In this document: positions 20,401-29,388 of the stretch, piece after piece
How the letters are laid out: every line of letters begins with the position of its first letter
How positions within the stretch are numbered: position 1 is the stretch's first letter
Assembly: GCA_965223865.1 (NCBI GenBank)
Contig: OZ245020.1
Coordinates: 1,696,001-1,760,000, forward strand
DNA from: Nitrosarchaeum sp.
GTDB taxonomy: Archaea; Thermoproteota; Nitrososphaeria; Nitrososphaerales; Nitrosopumilaceae
Reading direction: 5' to 3'
Length of the DNA: 64,000 bases
Made by a program: the position numbers and the translations under genes
Notes under the pieces: model-generated
The model's input: only the letters and a program-made list of their open reading frames with translations
Told to the model about the DNA's origin: nothing
The model's database searches: none

Positions 20401-20769
20401 TTTATCAACCACATTTCCAGTTTTATCCCGTAACTCTACTGATTCACTGACATCTGTAAACCAGATGGTTTGGTATGAGTATTTCAAAAATTTTCCAGGT
20501 TCAATAATTGTTCCTTGAGGAATAGTCATGGTTTTTTTCAGAACTGTAGTTGATGCAATCTCCCAACCACTCAAATCAACCTCAGAGTTTGTAGGATTGT
20601 ATAGTTCTACCCATTCAGAAATATTTTTAGAATCGTCTCCTGGAGGATTGATATCAACCTCATTTATCACAACATTATCTGGGAAAGATTGAGCACTAGC
20701 TGGAATTACTAGGACACCTATAAGAATAGAGAAAAGAATAGGAATTTTTGTATTCATAGCTTTTTTCAA
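17485..20769 (-). CDS. large secreted lamin-tail-domain protein with repeated Ig/MG2-like domains
   Basis: Signal peptide; VVINEV..NP..EWVELYNPT..VDLSGW (LTD); repeated TDK..Y..G..V.I.G modules. Confidence 0.85.
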   Translation of the reverse strand: MKKAMNTKIPILFSILIGVLVIPASAQSFPDNVVINEVDINPPGDDSKNISEWVELYNPTNSEVDLSGWEIASTTVLKKTMTIPQGTIIEPGKFLKYSYQTIWFTDVSESVELRDKTGNVVDKTPKFSDLENNFLSWQRIFDGYDTDSVTDWKFETSNAGSTNGQQSLAEVQEGVSVTLSTDSPTYLFGQTAVISGSISEEVVITTPYFQPEKIILTISGPEYHKIVELYPDLNLNFKTTMSLQQVLGVNEGTYDLSVSYADATSRASFTVGDEVLVEQISESSELSLVTDKSQYIPGQTITLTGITTEIIPFEGLNFNIKDPLGNVISSGNLFPTDGKFITTVFLTTVNPVYGTYEIIGEYSDISANTTFEVIEDFKEDKPISLWTDKEAYGLGNIVEITGRLNNIWISSLDLEIIQTKNIALSSGGSDSGYKILDSLEIQGDGSFSYSFKIPDNELRLGDYKITVSKEIGTSSVTIHAVSNPEDFIKSEEPLTISTSKSVYNLGETLMVSGFIENPSSRSSFETDVVTISISNEDGTPLQIIALPDGAQTRHRDGVAVSYEFTAVPTSSGSFSIQTHIAKNIFQEGNYVIEAKYLDLKKTITVGIIDPLKLSNGVSISLNKEIFGLGETLVLSGIIPPSGDNAVTISLTKPDGSKIKSGATVDQQQFTWTWKTPISEKPTTVKSIDDRSVSKSNYGIYKIKVSTDSYGKNIFFKVSSNPEHDSLDASPLFISTEKSLYQAGEKLKVIGNLITREQGSEGLVIPDRVTLRVLDGTFPYEQIHEAQIYPKQGGQFESLFELPPTIFSEGEYKVQALYKNKKVESTFTVANDFLFGSDEPVSLLLSTDKTQYHPGDVVVLSGKPNKLIYLEKFDVSVIKKSETDITCGSFFCGVHIGEVTTIRPSPSGSFTYQFLIPDSSSGLGTYEMTVDADFEAKSITFDVVEKPTTKFPSTVIEKQNRISESQISIITEQKTIDEHELVPRVITGSLLTSKEDQKDVNLRITSESGVCIIGPEIECLVKESTRKPGQIYDVFMIDGMNLKIRYSGQDVRLEKFDILPESSDVFLPDSTWNVDIVKEDQVSRFYYKVNYKTLE

Positions 20770-20917
20770 TTTTTAATCATAAATTGCCTCATTTTAGAAT
20801 GGAATTGAGGAAAAGTTGAGCTAGTTGTTAAAGTTGACCTCAAATATCTGACTCTTTTGTAGTTTTTCATGCTCAAAATACAGATTTTTGGTATTTAGAA
20901 GATCCGTAGGAATTATT

Positions 20918-21580
20918 CTAAATAGAGCCTTCTGAACCAGTGAAAGAATCTACAGATGTTTTTACACCACTAGAACCACTTGGAACTGAGGGAAATTTGT
21001 CACTTATCTGAGTTTCTGCAACAGCTGCGGCCTCTTGTAAAATAGAATCAGTCTCTTGTGATGAAAATGTAGAATCTGCAAAGGAGGAATCATCAAGAGT
21101 TCCAGGCATCATATCTCCAAGCATATTACCCATTGATTCTAATTCGGCACTAGCTTGAGGCATTATCTGGTTCATAGCAGGGACTACGGCTTTCATCGTA
21201 GATACTGCGGGCTTCATTGAAACTATTGCATCACCTACAGCATTTACTGTAGTCAATCTGAGCTGTGTTCTTTCTACAGATAATTTCATGTTTCCTATCA
21301 TGGATCTAGTTTTTCTTATTTGGACTAGTTCATTTGCAAGAACTTTGGCTGCAGAAATATTCCCATTCTGTTTAGCTTGAACAATCTTGTCAAAGAGTTT
21401 TTTCTCTTTTTCAGATAGCTGGTCTGTAGTATTGCCTAGCTTTGATATTGGCCTGTTTAATCCTCTAATTGTTCCTTCCACTCTTGGTTTTAAAGGAGGA
21501 TCCTTTTTCACCAAGCCCTGAAGACGTTCTGAAATGCCTTCTGAGGATTGTCTTTGCCAGGCTTGTCCAAAGTTCGACAT
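20918..21580 (-). CDS. ESCRT-III / Snf7-family CdvB paralog
   Basis: PLKPR, A..LANELVQIRK, RLTTV...GD, IMPQA..EL, ILQEAAAVAE...FPSVP. Confidence 0.88.
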   Translation of the reverse strand: MSNFGQAWQRQSSEGISERLQGLVKKDPPLKPRVEGTIRGLNRPISKLGNTTDQLSEKEKKLFDKIVQAKQNGNISAAKVLANELVQIRKTRSMIGNMKLSVERTQLRLTTVNAVGDAIVSMKPAVSTMKAVVPAMNQIMPQASAELESMGNMLGDMMPGTLDDSSFADSTFSSQETDSILQEAAAVAETQISDKFPSVPSGSSGVKTSVDSFTGSEGSI

Positions 21581-21639
21581 GAAATAGAATTTTGAAATTT
21601 TAACTTATGATAAAGAGCTTAAAAAAATCAACAATTGTG

Positions 21640-21702
21640 ATCAGATTAACACTACTTAGTCATCAGATTAACACTACTTAGTCATCAGAATAACCTAAAG
21701 TC
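21640..21702. repeat. 22-bp tandem repeat (2 perfect copies + 1 degenerate copy)
   Basis: ATCAGATTAACACTACTTAGTC at 21640-21661 and 21662-21683, then ATCAGAATAACCTAAAGTC. Confidence 0.9.
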
Positions 21703-21723
21703 ATCAACCAATCAAATTTTCAC

Positions 21724-21954
21724 TTACCCTACTTTCTCACTGTAATGATACCTTAGAATATTTTTCATCAAAGGATAGTAAATCTCATTGGATTTGTGAG
21801 ATGATTTGCTGTGAGATAATAGCTTTTCACAGTACTGTCTCTCCTCTGCAGTTAACTGCGATGAATGCAGATAGTTTTTCTTTGCAGCCAAATCATACAA
21901 GAATGAATAGTATTCTTGGAGTATCTCTTTTTCTTTTACTTCTAATAGACTCAT
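21724..21954 (-). CDS. hypothetical protein
   Basis: 76-aa ATG ORF with plausible composition. Confidence 0.55.
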   Translation of the reverse strand: MSLLEVKEKEILQEYYSFLYDLAAKKNYLHSSQLTAEERQYCEKLLSHSKSSHKSNEIYYPLMKNILRYHYSEKVG

Positions 21955-22103
21955 TTGTATTTCAAAAGTGTCATTGCAGACAAATTATTTAGGACGTATC
22001 TTACTTTTTGATTATTCTAGGTTCAAGATTTGAATTTTTTTAACTAGTTTAGTTCAATTTTTGAACATCTGTGGGTATCTTTGCAATATGAGACTGAATA
22101 AAC

Positions 22104-22709
22104 ATGACTATGGCACAAACACTTTCCAAAAATAACATCATAATTGATGATATTGACAGACAAATTCTAAACTTGTTGATTTCAAATGCAAGAGATTCAA
22201 CTAGAACTATTGTAAAGAAACTAGCAGGCATGGGAGTAAACATGTCTGAACGAGGCATAGGTAAGAGAATAGCACGACTAGAAAAACTAGGCATAATTCA
22301 TGGCTATACCACAATGGTTGATCTCAATCAGGTAAACATGCCAATTTTGAGACTAGTTACTGTGAAATTTACATCTCCAAAAGACTTTGTAACCAGACTA
22401 GAAGAGATGAAAGAGTATCTAAATGACGCACCATACTGTGACTTTTCAGCAAGAACAAATGGGAATATTGACTGGATTGAGCTGAAATTTTTCAACAATC
22501 ACGAGCAGGCAAAACAAGAAGAGGATTTGTATCGAGCATGGTTTGGAGATATCATAGAAGATTACAGATCATATGACCTTGACATCCATAAAATGGGATG
22601 GCAGTTATTTGATGAGGATGATTTTAATCGGTTTATCCAAAATATGTGTAAAAGGGAAGGCTCAGAAACCTGTCCAAACATTAAACTCCAAACTAGGAAA
22701 AAACACTAG
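22104..22709 (+). CDS. Lrp/AsnC family transcriptional regulator
   Basis: IDDIDRQILNLL..NAR, RIARLEKLGIIHGYT wHTH followed by a RAM-like domain. Confidence 0.88.
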   Translation: MTMAQTLSKNNIIIDDIDRQILNLLISNARDSTRTIVKKLAGMGVNMSERGIGKRIARLEKLGIIHGYTTMVDLNQVNMPILRLVTVKFTSPKDFVTRLEEMKEYLNDAPYCDFSARTNGNIDWIELKFFNNHEQAKQEEDLYRAWFGDIIEDYRSYDLDIHKMGWQLFDEDDFNRFIQNMCKREGSETCPNIKLQTRKKH

Positions 22710-22831
22710 ATAGGCACACAAATTCATTTTCTGAACTGCTCTAAGAGCTCAATTCAGTTTCTGAATAAAATGATACGATATAGTTTGCTCCATTTCAAGT
22801 AGTTTGACAGCTACATATCATTTGAGAAAAC

Positions 22832-23050
22832 ATGAGTACCTATGATATACAACAAGTCTCTGAGAATACAAAGACAAAACTCGGAGTAATCGGTCTAGTT
22901 GCCTTACCGATAGTTGCAGCAATGTATTCCTCTGGAAGCATGGCCCTAGAACAAGTACCTCAAACACTCACAAGCGGAGTATTTCCAATTGGGTTTACCT
23001 TGTTCTCATGGGGTATTGCTGTGAAATTGGCAACAAAGTTGAGAAAGTAA
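22832..23050 (+). CDS. small two-helix membrane protein
   Basis: 72 aa, two hydrophobic segments, basic C-terminus. Confidence 0.7.
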   Translation: MSTYDIQQVSENTKTKLGVIGLVALPIVAAMYSSGSMALEQVPQTLTSGVFPIGFTLFSWGIAVKLATKLRK

Positions 23051-23139
23051 TTACTTTTTCAATTTTTTTGTGATTAATTGTTGTGTTTTTTAAATTAGAT
23101 TATGTTGTATTTACAAAGATAACGAAAAATAAAAAGAAG

Positions 23140-24531
23140 TTATGTAGGATTAGTACATAGGTTTGTGGCACCAACAGCATCAACATCAAATCCATCTCCA
23201 ATAGTACTATGATCAGTTATTCGTACATATTCAATACAACCAATATCTGAAAGATCATATGAAAATTCATGTACATCTTTTGTGTCGTTATCGTATCCTT
23301 TTTTAAACAATGGGTTCCAATTTTTTCCATCAGAGCTAACCTCAACTATTGCTCTTTCTGCGGTTGTTTTTCCCCAAGTTGCTTCATAAATTTTCAGAGT
23401 GTTCATGACAGGTTGGTTGAAACTTACTGTTATTTGACCACCAATACCAAGAGAAACAAAACTAGAGGATCGATCATAGGAATTTGGTTCATTAAGAGCG
23501 TTTATTGGGGCTGATCTTTTTACCTCAATTAGATTATTGTCGCGAGATTTTCCGGGATTATAATCCAATAACCATTTTGCGAAGTATTCTGTGGAAGAAT
23601 ATGGCATTGAATTAAGAGTTTTTAGATCAAGAACTGCTTGTTGAATTTTTGGATTTGAATTAATTTCTAATTGTTTTATTTTCTCTTTTAGGAGTCTTAT
23701 TTCTTCTTTGAGCATTTTTATTGTAAGATCTTGATTTTCCTCATCTGATTCATCATCTTTGTTTTTTACTTCACCAGATGAAGTTTCTTGTGTATTTTGA
23801 ACAGTTTCCACATTTTGAGTAATTTTTGTAATTGTATTTTGATAAGAACTGTTTGTCTTAGATGCTTTTGTTGTTAGATCGACAAAGTTCAGAGATGATT
23901 TTTCCTCATCCTCATATCTTGGTAGTTTTCCTTGGTCATCAAAATGCTTTTGAATATCGGGATCTGAAAATCCAACCTCAATATTAAGATCTTTTACAAG
24001 TTGAATCATATCTATTCTAGGTATTTTTGCAGTTTCGTGATATGTAGTTCGAGCTTCTTGCAAGGATCCTCCATTTCTAAGAACTTTATGCATGGCATCT
24101 CTTGCAGCATCTATTTTGTTCTTCTTGTAATCAAAGAGACCTTGAAAGATATGTTTTGTATCATCGTTTGAAACTTTTTTTATAAAATTATTAAATGCAG
24201 CAAGTGGTGTAAATTCTTCATTGTCTTTGAACATTCTTTCAAGTTCTTGTTCTAATTTTTCTTTTGCAATACTTCGTTGTTCATCCAAAAGTTTTTCTTG
24301 GTTTGATTTTTGTTGAACGATAGAAAATTGTTTTTTAGATTTTTCTATATTCTCAAGAATTTTTGCAATCATAGGATCATTAAGATTAGCACCTATAACT
24401 ATGGTAAAATCTTTTTCAGTATCATCAGCAAATGCATTTGTTGCACCAATGCTAAACACAGAAAACAACATAACAAAAGCCAATGAAAATGCCAGTATTT
24501 TTTTTGTTGATGTTTCGTCATTGTATTTCAT
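23140..24531 (-). CDS. secreted protein: helical N-domain, coiled coil, C-terminal beta-sandwich
   Basis: Signal peptide; FVSLGIGG..TVSF, E.A.VEVSSDG, YVRITD..GDGFDVDAVGA. Confidence 0.8.
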   Translation of the reverse strand: MKYNDETSTKKILAFSLAFVMLFSVFSIGATNAFADDTEKDFTIVIGANLNDPMIAKILENIEKSKKQFSIVQQKSNQEKLLDEQRSIAKEKLEQELERMFKDNEEFTPLAAFNNFIKKVSNDDTKHIFQGLFDYKKNKIDAARDAMHKVLRNGGSLQEARTTYHETAKIPRIDMIQLVKDLNIEVGFSDPDIQKHFDDQGKLPRYEDEEKSSLNFVDLTTKASKTNSSYQNTITKITQNVETVQNTQETSSGEVKNKDDESDEENQDLTIKMLKEEIRLLKEKIKQLEINSNPKIQQAVLDLKTLNSMPYSSTEYFAKWLLDYNPGKSRDNNLIEVKRSAPINALNEPNSYDRSSSFVSLGIGGQITVSFNQPVMNTLKIYEATWGKTTAERAIVEVSSDGKNWNPLFKKGYDNDTKDVHEFSYDLSDIGCIEYVRITDHSTIGDGFDVDAVGATNLCTNPT

Positions 24532-24799
24532 TAAAGGATGAAATCTAAAATTTGCATATAATAATTAGTTAGAAGATAATAGTAATGGTTAAAGGTATTT
24601 TTGTGATCATTTTTTTGAAAATTTATGTACATGTCAATCACACTGAATGTCAAAAAATAATTTTTTAAGAAACAATTTGAATTAATTTTCGGAAAAGTTT
24701 TCGGTAAACATATCAATGATTTAGAAAACCATATTTTTAGAAAAGAAATGTCAGTTGTGAAAATTATTTATTTTAATTGTTTTAAGCCATTCGTACCAT

Positions 24800-25045
24800 T
24801 CATTCATTTTTAAAATCACAATTTGGACATTTTTTATTTTCAATCCTTGAACCACAATCAACACAAATTCCTTCTCCCACATCAATTTCTATCGCCTTTT
24901 TCTTTCGTCCAACATAGACTTTAATTCCAAAATACATCATAATTACAATTAATGTAGCATAAATCGGAGCCATAAAGGGTAACAAACCCACCATAAACAG
25001 CAATAACCCCACTATGAGGAGTAGATCTCTTCTCTCAAAATTCAA
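24800..25045 (-). CDS. small membrane protein with C-terminal Zn ribbon
   Basis: Two TM helices, then CVDC...CPNC. Confidence 0.75.
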   Translation of the reverse strand: MNFERRDLLLIVGLLLFMVGLLPFMAPIYATLIVIMMYFGIKVYVGRKKKAIEIDVGEGICVDCGSRIENKKCPNCDFKNE

Positions 25046-25078
25046 CAGTTTGAAAGTTTGAAGGAATTCATAAAAACG

Positions 25079-25149
25079 TGCCGGAGCTCAGAGCCATTAG
25101 TTTTACTTCATCTAAAGTCATTACTCTAACTCTTCCTCATTGCTCGGCA
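25079..25149 (-). ncRNA. C/D-box guide sRNA
   Basis: Minus strand: terminal stem GCCGAGC/GCTCCGGC; C ATGAGGA; 12-nt guide; D' ATGA; C' ATGAAGT; 13-nt guide; D CTGA. Confidence 0.75.
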
Positions 25150-25617
25150 AGAATAGTAAACTAGTATTTGATAATAAGATAATGATCGAGTAGAAGATCG
25201 ACTAGATTTCAACCTTATTACTAAGCGGGTTTGCATACAATTCAATTATTTCTAATTCCAGAGGAAATATCATCTCTTTACAGTGCTACAAAAGCAAATT
25301 TAAAAAAATCCAAAATATATTCGGAGTCATCCACACAAGTGCAGGATCTTATGTAAAATATTTTTTTGTTGAACAGTCAGCTTCAAAGTTTTCTTTTGCC
25401 GTCTACAAAAAAACATGTTTTTGTTTGTTTCATAAAAGAAAAAGTAAATAATTGCATATATTTTAGATGTTAACTTTGTTAATAATAGTAACAAAAAATC
25501 AGGCAAAATTATCCACAGATTTAATTTTTCATGAATCCTATCTGTTTTAGTATAGTTTCAGGTTATGATGTCTTTTATTATCTACCGGGCTCATTAAATG
25601 TGAACCCGATAGGTAAA

Positions 25618-25691
25618 TGGGATCGGCGAGATTTGAACGCGCGACCTCTGCGTCCCAAACGCAGAATCATACCAAGCTAGACCACGATCCC
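25618..25691 (-). tRNA. tRNA-Pro(TGG), intronless, CCA not encoded
   Basis: GGGATCG/CGATCCC acceptor stem; anticodon arm CTGCG-TTTGGGA-CGCAG; TTCAAAT T-loop. Confidence 0.96.
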
Positions 25692-25763
25692 AGTAAATCG
25701 TAAAATTTGCCCAATTTAAGCTTGACAGATAATGATTTTAAAGGCTTACAAAAGAACACAAAA

Positions 25764-26663
25764 TTGTTGCAACTCGAAGACTATATCAAGGCAGGAGAAA
25801 TTGCTGCTGAGGTAAGAGAAAATGTAAGGAAAAAAAATTGGATTGGAAAGACTGTTTATGAAATATGTGAAGAGATAGAAGGAGAAATTATCAAGAGAGG
25901 TGCAAAATGTGCCTTTCCTGTAAATACAAGTATCAACGAAGTTGCAGCACATTACACTGCAGAACCTAATGATTCTATTACAATTACAGATTCAGATTTA
26001 GTAAAGATTGATCTAGGTGCACAGATTAATGGACATATTGCAGATACTGCAGTAACTGTTTGTTATGATGCACAGTATGATGGCTTGGTTCAAGCTGCCG
26101 AAGATGCACTAAATAATGCAATGTCAATGATTAAGGTAGGAGTAAAGGCAAGCGATATTGGAAGAACTATTGAAACAACAATAAAACAAATGGGATACAA
26201 ACCTATTGCAAATCTTAGTGGACATTCATTAGAACAGTATACTATTCATGCAGGAAGATCAATTCCAAATATTTGGTCTATTGGAGGATTCTCACTATCA
26301 GAAAACACAGCTTATGCATGTGAACCATTTGTCACTACAGAAGAGGGAGGAGGATTTGTAAGAAATGGAAAAATCAAGAATATTTTTGCTCTAAATTCAA
26401 GAAAGAAGACAAAAAATGATGAAGCAGATAAATTATTAGATTACATTTGGGAGAATTTTAACATGTTGCCATTTGCGTTAAGATGGATTACAAAAGAATG
26501 GGAGGAAAAGAAAGCCAGAGAACTATTAGAACATCTTGTAAAGAAAAAAGCAGTTCAGGCATATCCAATATTAATAGAAGTAAATGAGAAAAGAGTAGCA
26601 CAAGCTGAACATACATTTATCCCAAATGAAAACGGGGCCACAGTTACAACCCAAGCTCAGTAA
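25764..26663 (+). CDS. map: methionine aminopeptidase type II (start probably TTG 25764/25767)
   Basis: AFPVN, AAHYT, KIDLG, IADTA, NLSGH, EPF, AQAEHT. Confidence 0.95.
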   Translation: MLQLEDYIKAGEIAAEVRENVRKKNWIGKTVYEICEEIEGEIIKRGAKCAFPVNTSINEVAAHYTAEPNDSITITDSDLVKIDLGAQINGHIADTAVTVCYDAQYDGLVQAAEDALNNAMSMIKVGVKASDIGRTIETTIKQMGYKPIANLSGHSLEQYTIHAGRSIPNIWSIGGFSLSENTAYACEPFVTTEEGGGFVRNGKIKNIFALNSRKKTKNDEADKLLDYIWENFNMLPFALRWITKEWEEKKARELLEHLVKKKAVQAYPILIEVNEKRVAQAEHTFIPNENGATVTTQAQ

Positions 26664-26931
26664 CCACTTAAAATTAAATATAATAAATAAGATCTTTTTC
26701 GTCTAGTGCAGAAGTATCTGATGAATAACCCGAAATGCTTCCAATGAGTTTTGTTACTGTGATGTTAACTTTAGATAATATTTGTAAGAATGACTAGTGT
26801 ATTGAAAAATTTAATGTTGGATTTATTATTGTGTATGGAATTACATCCATGAAATTGTCAAAAGGAAATTTAATATAATTTTGATTTTAAAATATAACTA
26901 GTACGGAAAAATTTTCAGTATAGATCAAAAG

Positions 26932-27114
26932 TTATTTTTCTATAGTTTCGCCAAAGATTTTTTCTATTCTCATCAGTCCATCACAAGAATTACATTTCTG
27001 AGTTTCAGAATACAAAAAATCCCCTTCTTTGAATTTTCGTTTTCTTTCCATTTTACATAGTTTACATTTTTCAATAGTGTAGGCTATGATAATTTTTTCT
27101 TTAGAAAATATCAT
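26932..27114 (-). CDS. small Zn-ribbon protein
   Basis: CKLC...CNSC; overlaps the stop of the DUF1512 gene. Confidence 0.7.
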   Translation of the reverse strand: MIFSKEKIIIAYTIEKCKLCKMERKRKFKEGDFLYSETQKCNSCDGLMRIEKIFGETIEK

Positions 27115-28232
27115 TGAGGAACTCCAATGGTGTTTCCAACACCAATTAGTAAAATAGATTGTCCAGGTTTTGTATTGTCATTAATCATTTCAGATATTTG
27201 AGAGTGTACCTCATCTGCCTTGTCTGCAATTTCTTTTGTCATTAGAGTTATAGCTTCTTTTACTGATTGTTTGATAACAATAGCAAAAATGGGGATATTA
27301 TTTTTAGATGCAATAGATTCAATATGATATCTCTCAGTACCTATGCCGCCAATAGCTGCTCCAAAACCTTGTGCAATTGTTGCAGAGTCTTCTCCTTCCA
27401 TTTTTAGTGCCGCGTCAATCATGATAATTATATCAGGTTTATTTTCTAAAACAATTTTTTTTACCGCTTCACCAGGTCTTCCAACACAAGAGCCTGGTCC
27501 TTCAGCCTTTAGTAAAAATAATTTTCTGCCTTCGTATTCAATTTCAGAAAGAACTGTTTGAAATGCAATAGTTTCTTTTTTAGAATTCAACATCATTTTT
27601 CCTACAACCATAGGCCCAATTCCATCGCCTACTGGTTGACCTTGCTTAAAAGCAGGAATTGCCTTTCGAATTGCCTCTGCTTCTTCCATTATAAAAGGAA
27701 GAATCATCTGTAATGGCAAAATTAATGGATAGTTGTTTTGTTTTTTTGCAGTTAAAAATAGGTGATTAATTATTTTGTATATCATCTGTAAGGAAGTTGC
27801 AATTTCAAGAAGAGTTTGGACTTTGGTTAATTCCAAATCACTGGTTTCAGGAGATAATGATTTTACATGTTCTCGAGTATAGTCTTCTCTTGATCTTACA
27901 ATGTGTTGAACTTTATCTACTATTCCATTTGGATCCATATCTACTGGCATGATAGTAAAATAATCCAAAAACCTATCAATTTTTTTTGTAGGATCATATT
28001 TTGGATTCATAGTTTGTTTAACATAATCTATGAGTTCATTTCTAGATTCGTTTTTATACAATTCTAATTTTTTTATGGCCTTTTTGATTTCTCCTGAAGT
28101 AACTTGTAATTGAATTCTCTGACCATAGAAAATAAAAATGAATATTGGAAGAATCCATATCAACATCAGTAACGGATTGGTTTCTTCTCCAAAACCAAAG
28201 AATTGATCAATATCAAAGTTGGTAAAATCCAC
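27111..28232 (-). CDS. DUF1512 family protein
   Basis: P.GDGIGP, KAEGPG, IDAALKMEGE, GAAIGGIG, GVGNTIG. Confidence 0.88.
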   Translation of the reverse strand: MDFTNFDIDQFFGFGEETNPLLMLIWILPIFIFIFYGQRIQLQVTSGEIKKAIKKLELYKNESRNELIDYVKQTMNPKYDPTKKIDRFLDYFTIMPVDMDPNGIVDKVQHIVRSREDYTREHVKSLSPETSDLELTKVQTLLEIATSLQMIYKIINHLFLTAKKQNNYPLILPLQMILPFIMEEAEAIRKAIPAFKQGQPVGDGIGPMVVGKMMLNSKKETIAFQTVLSEIEYEGRKLFLLKAEGPGSCVGRPGEAVKKIVLENKPDIIIMIDAALKMEGEDSATIAQGFGAAIGGIGTERYHIESIASKNNIPIFAIVIKQSVKEAITLMTKEIADKADEVHSQISEMINDNTKPGQSILLIGVGNTIGVPQ

Positions 28233-28376
28233 TGACTCAGCGATCCTCGGATCTAAATTAAATCATTCGTCTCTAAATGACTCAAATTTGATCTCAAAAA
28301 TTACTGAAATCGACTTCCCGAAAGGTGAAACAATGGCGAGTGCTTTTATTATAGTTCAAATACAAAAAATCTGAAT

Positions 28377-28937
28377 ATGCCACAAACAAAGCCTATTGTA
28401 AGCGTGGAAAATGTTGTAGCATCAGCTTCTGTAGATCAAAAAATGGATTTAAACGAGATTACCAGAACATTCCCAGATGTAGAGTATCATCCTGATCAGT
28501 TTCCAGGACTTGTCTTTAGATTAAAGACTCCAAAAACTGCAACGTTGATTTTTACTTCAGGCAAAATGGTGTGTACTGGGTCCAAATCAGAAGAGATGGC
28601 ACGAAAGGCAGTAAAAACAGTAGTTCAAAAACTTCGAAAAGGCGGAATTAAAGTAAAAAAAGATGCAGTTGTTGAAATTCAAAATATCGTAGCTTCAATT
28701 AACTTGGGCGGAAAAATTCACCTCGAGCAAGCTGCAAGAACATTACCTAGAAGCATGTATGAACCTGAACAATTTCCAGGACTCATCCACCGAATGCTAG
28801 ACCCAAAGACAGTGATTTTGCTGTTTTCATCAGGAAAACTTGTCTGTACTGGAGCAAAGAAAGAACCAGATGTCTATAGATCTGTAAACAACTTACATGC
28901 ACTACTGGAAGAAAAAGACCTAATGATTTATGACTAA
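28377..28937 (+). CDS. tbp: TATA-box binding protein
   Basis: Two repeats of ENVVAS / Y.P.QFPGL / LIF.SGK.VCTG. Confidence 0.98.
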   Translation: MPQTKPIVSVENVVASASVDQKMDLNEITRTFPDVEYHPDQFPGLVFRLKTPKTATLIFTSGKMVCTGSKSEEMARKAVKTVVQKLRKGGIKVKKDAVVEIQNIVASINLGGKIHLEQAARTLPRSMYEPEQFPGLIHRMLDPKTVILLFSSGKLVCTGAKKEPDVYRSVNNLHALLEEKDLMIYD

Positions 28938-29022
28938 AAACAGGTCATAATCCATTTTCATTAATTTTCTTAATTTAGATTAAAAATGAAGTTTGTTAGA
29001 AAGTAAATTTCCAAATTGTTAA

Positions 29023-29358
29023 TTATTTGATTGGACTACCCAATGGAACCTCTTCAACAACTGTCAACCAAAATGGTTTGTCATCAACGTCAGCTGCCAA
29101 GAGCATTGCGTTAGATTCAATACCTGCCATTTTTTTTGGTTCTAAATTAGCAATTACAATTACAGTTTTACCTACAATATCTTCTGGTGAATAATATTGA
29201 GCACCACCAATAATGACATCACGTTTTTCAGAACCTAAATCAATCGTTCCTTTGATTATTCTAGATTTTCCTGGAATAGGTTCAGTTGCTATAATCTTTG
29301 CAACTCGCAGATCTAATTTTGCAAAATCTTCATAGGTTACATTTAACATAAAAATCAC
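29023..29358 (-). CDS. tRNA-binding OB-fold protein (Trbp111/CsaA-like)
   Basis: DFAKLDLRVAKI, ANLEPKKMAGIES..MLLAA. Confidence 0.9.
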   Translation of the reverse strand: MIFMLNVTYEDFAKLDLRVAKIIATEPIPGKSRIIKGTIDLGSEKRDVIIGGAQYYSPEDIVGKTVIVIANLEPKKMAGIESNAMLLAADVDDKPFWLTVVEEVPLGSPIK

Positions 29359-29388
29359 TAAGTTATCTTGTTAAAATGAATTTCGAAT

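Noticed and set aside
21640-21702. Mini-CRISPR or hammerhead ribozyme (CTGATGA on the minus strand)
   Set aside because: No spacers; no stem II followed by GAAA
25290-25434. Possible decayed small Zn-finger gene on the minus strand (MKQTKTCFF...)
   Set aside because: Needs a frameshift and contains a stop; no recognisable homology
21600-25617. Integrated element at tRNA-Pro
   Set aside because: No integrase and no duplicated tRNA 3' end (att site) found by eye
26715-26765. CTGATGA-containing C/D candidate
   Set aside because: No correctly spaced D'/D boxes or terminal stem
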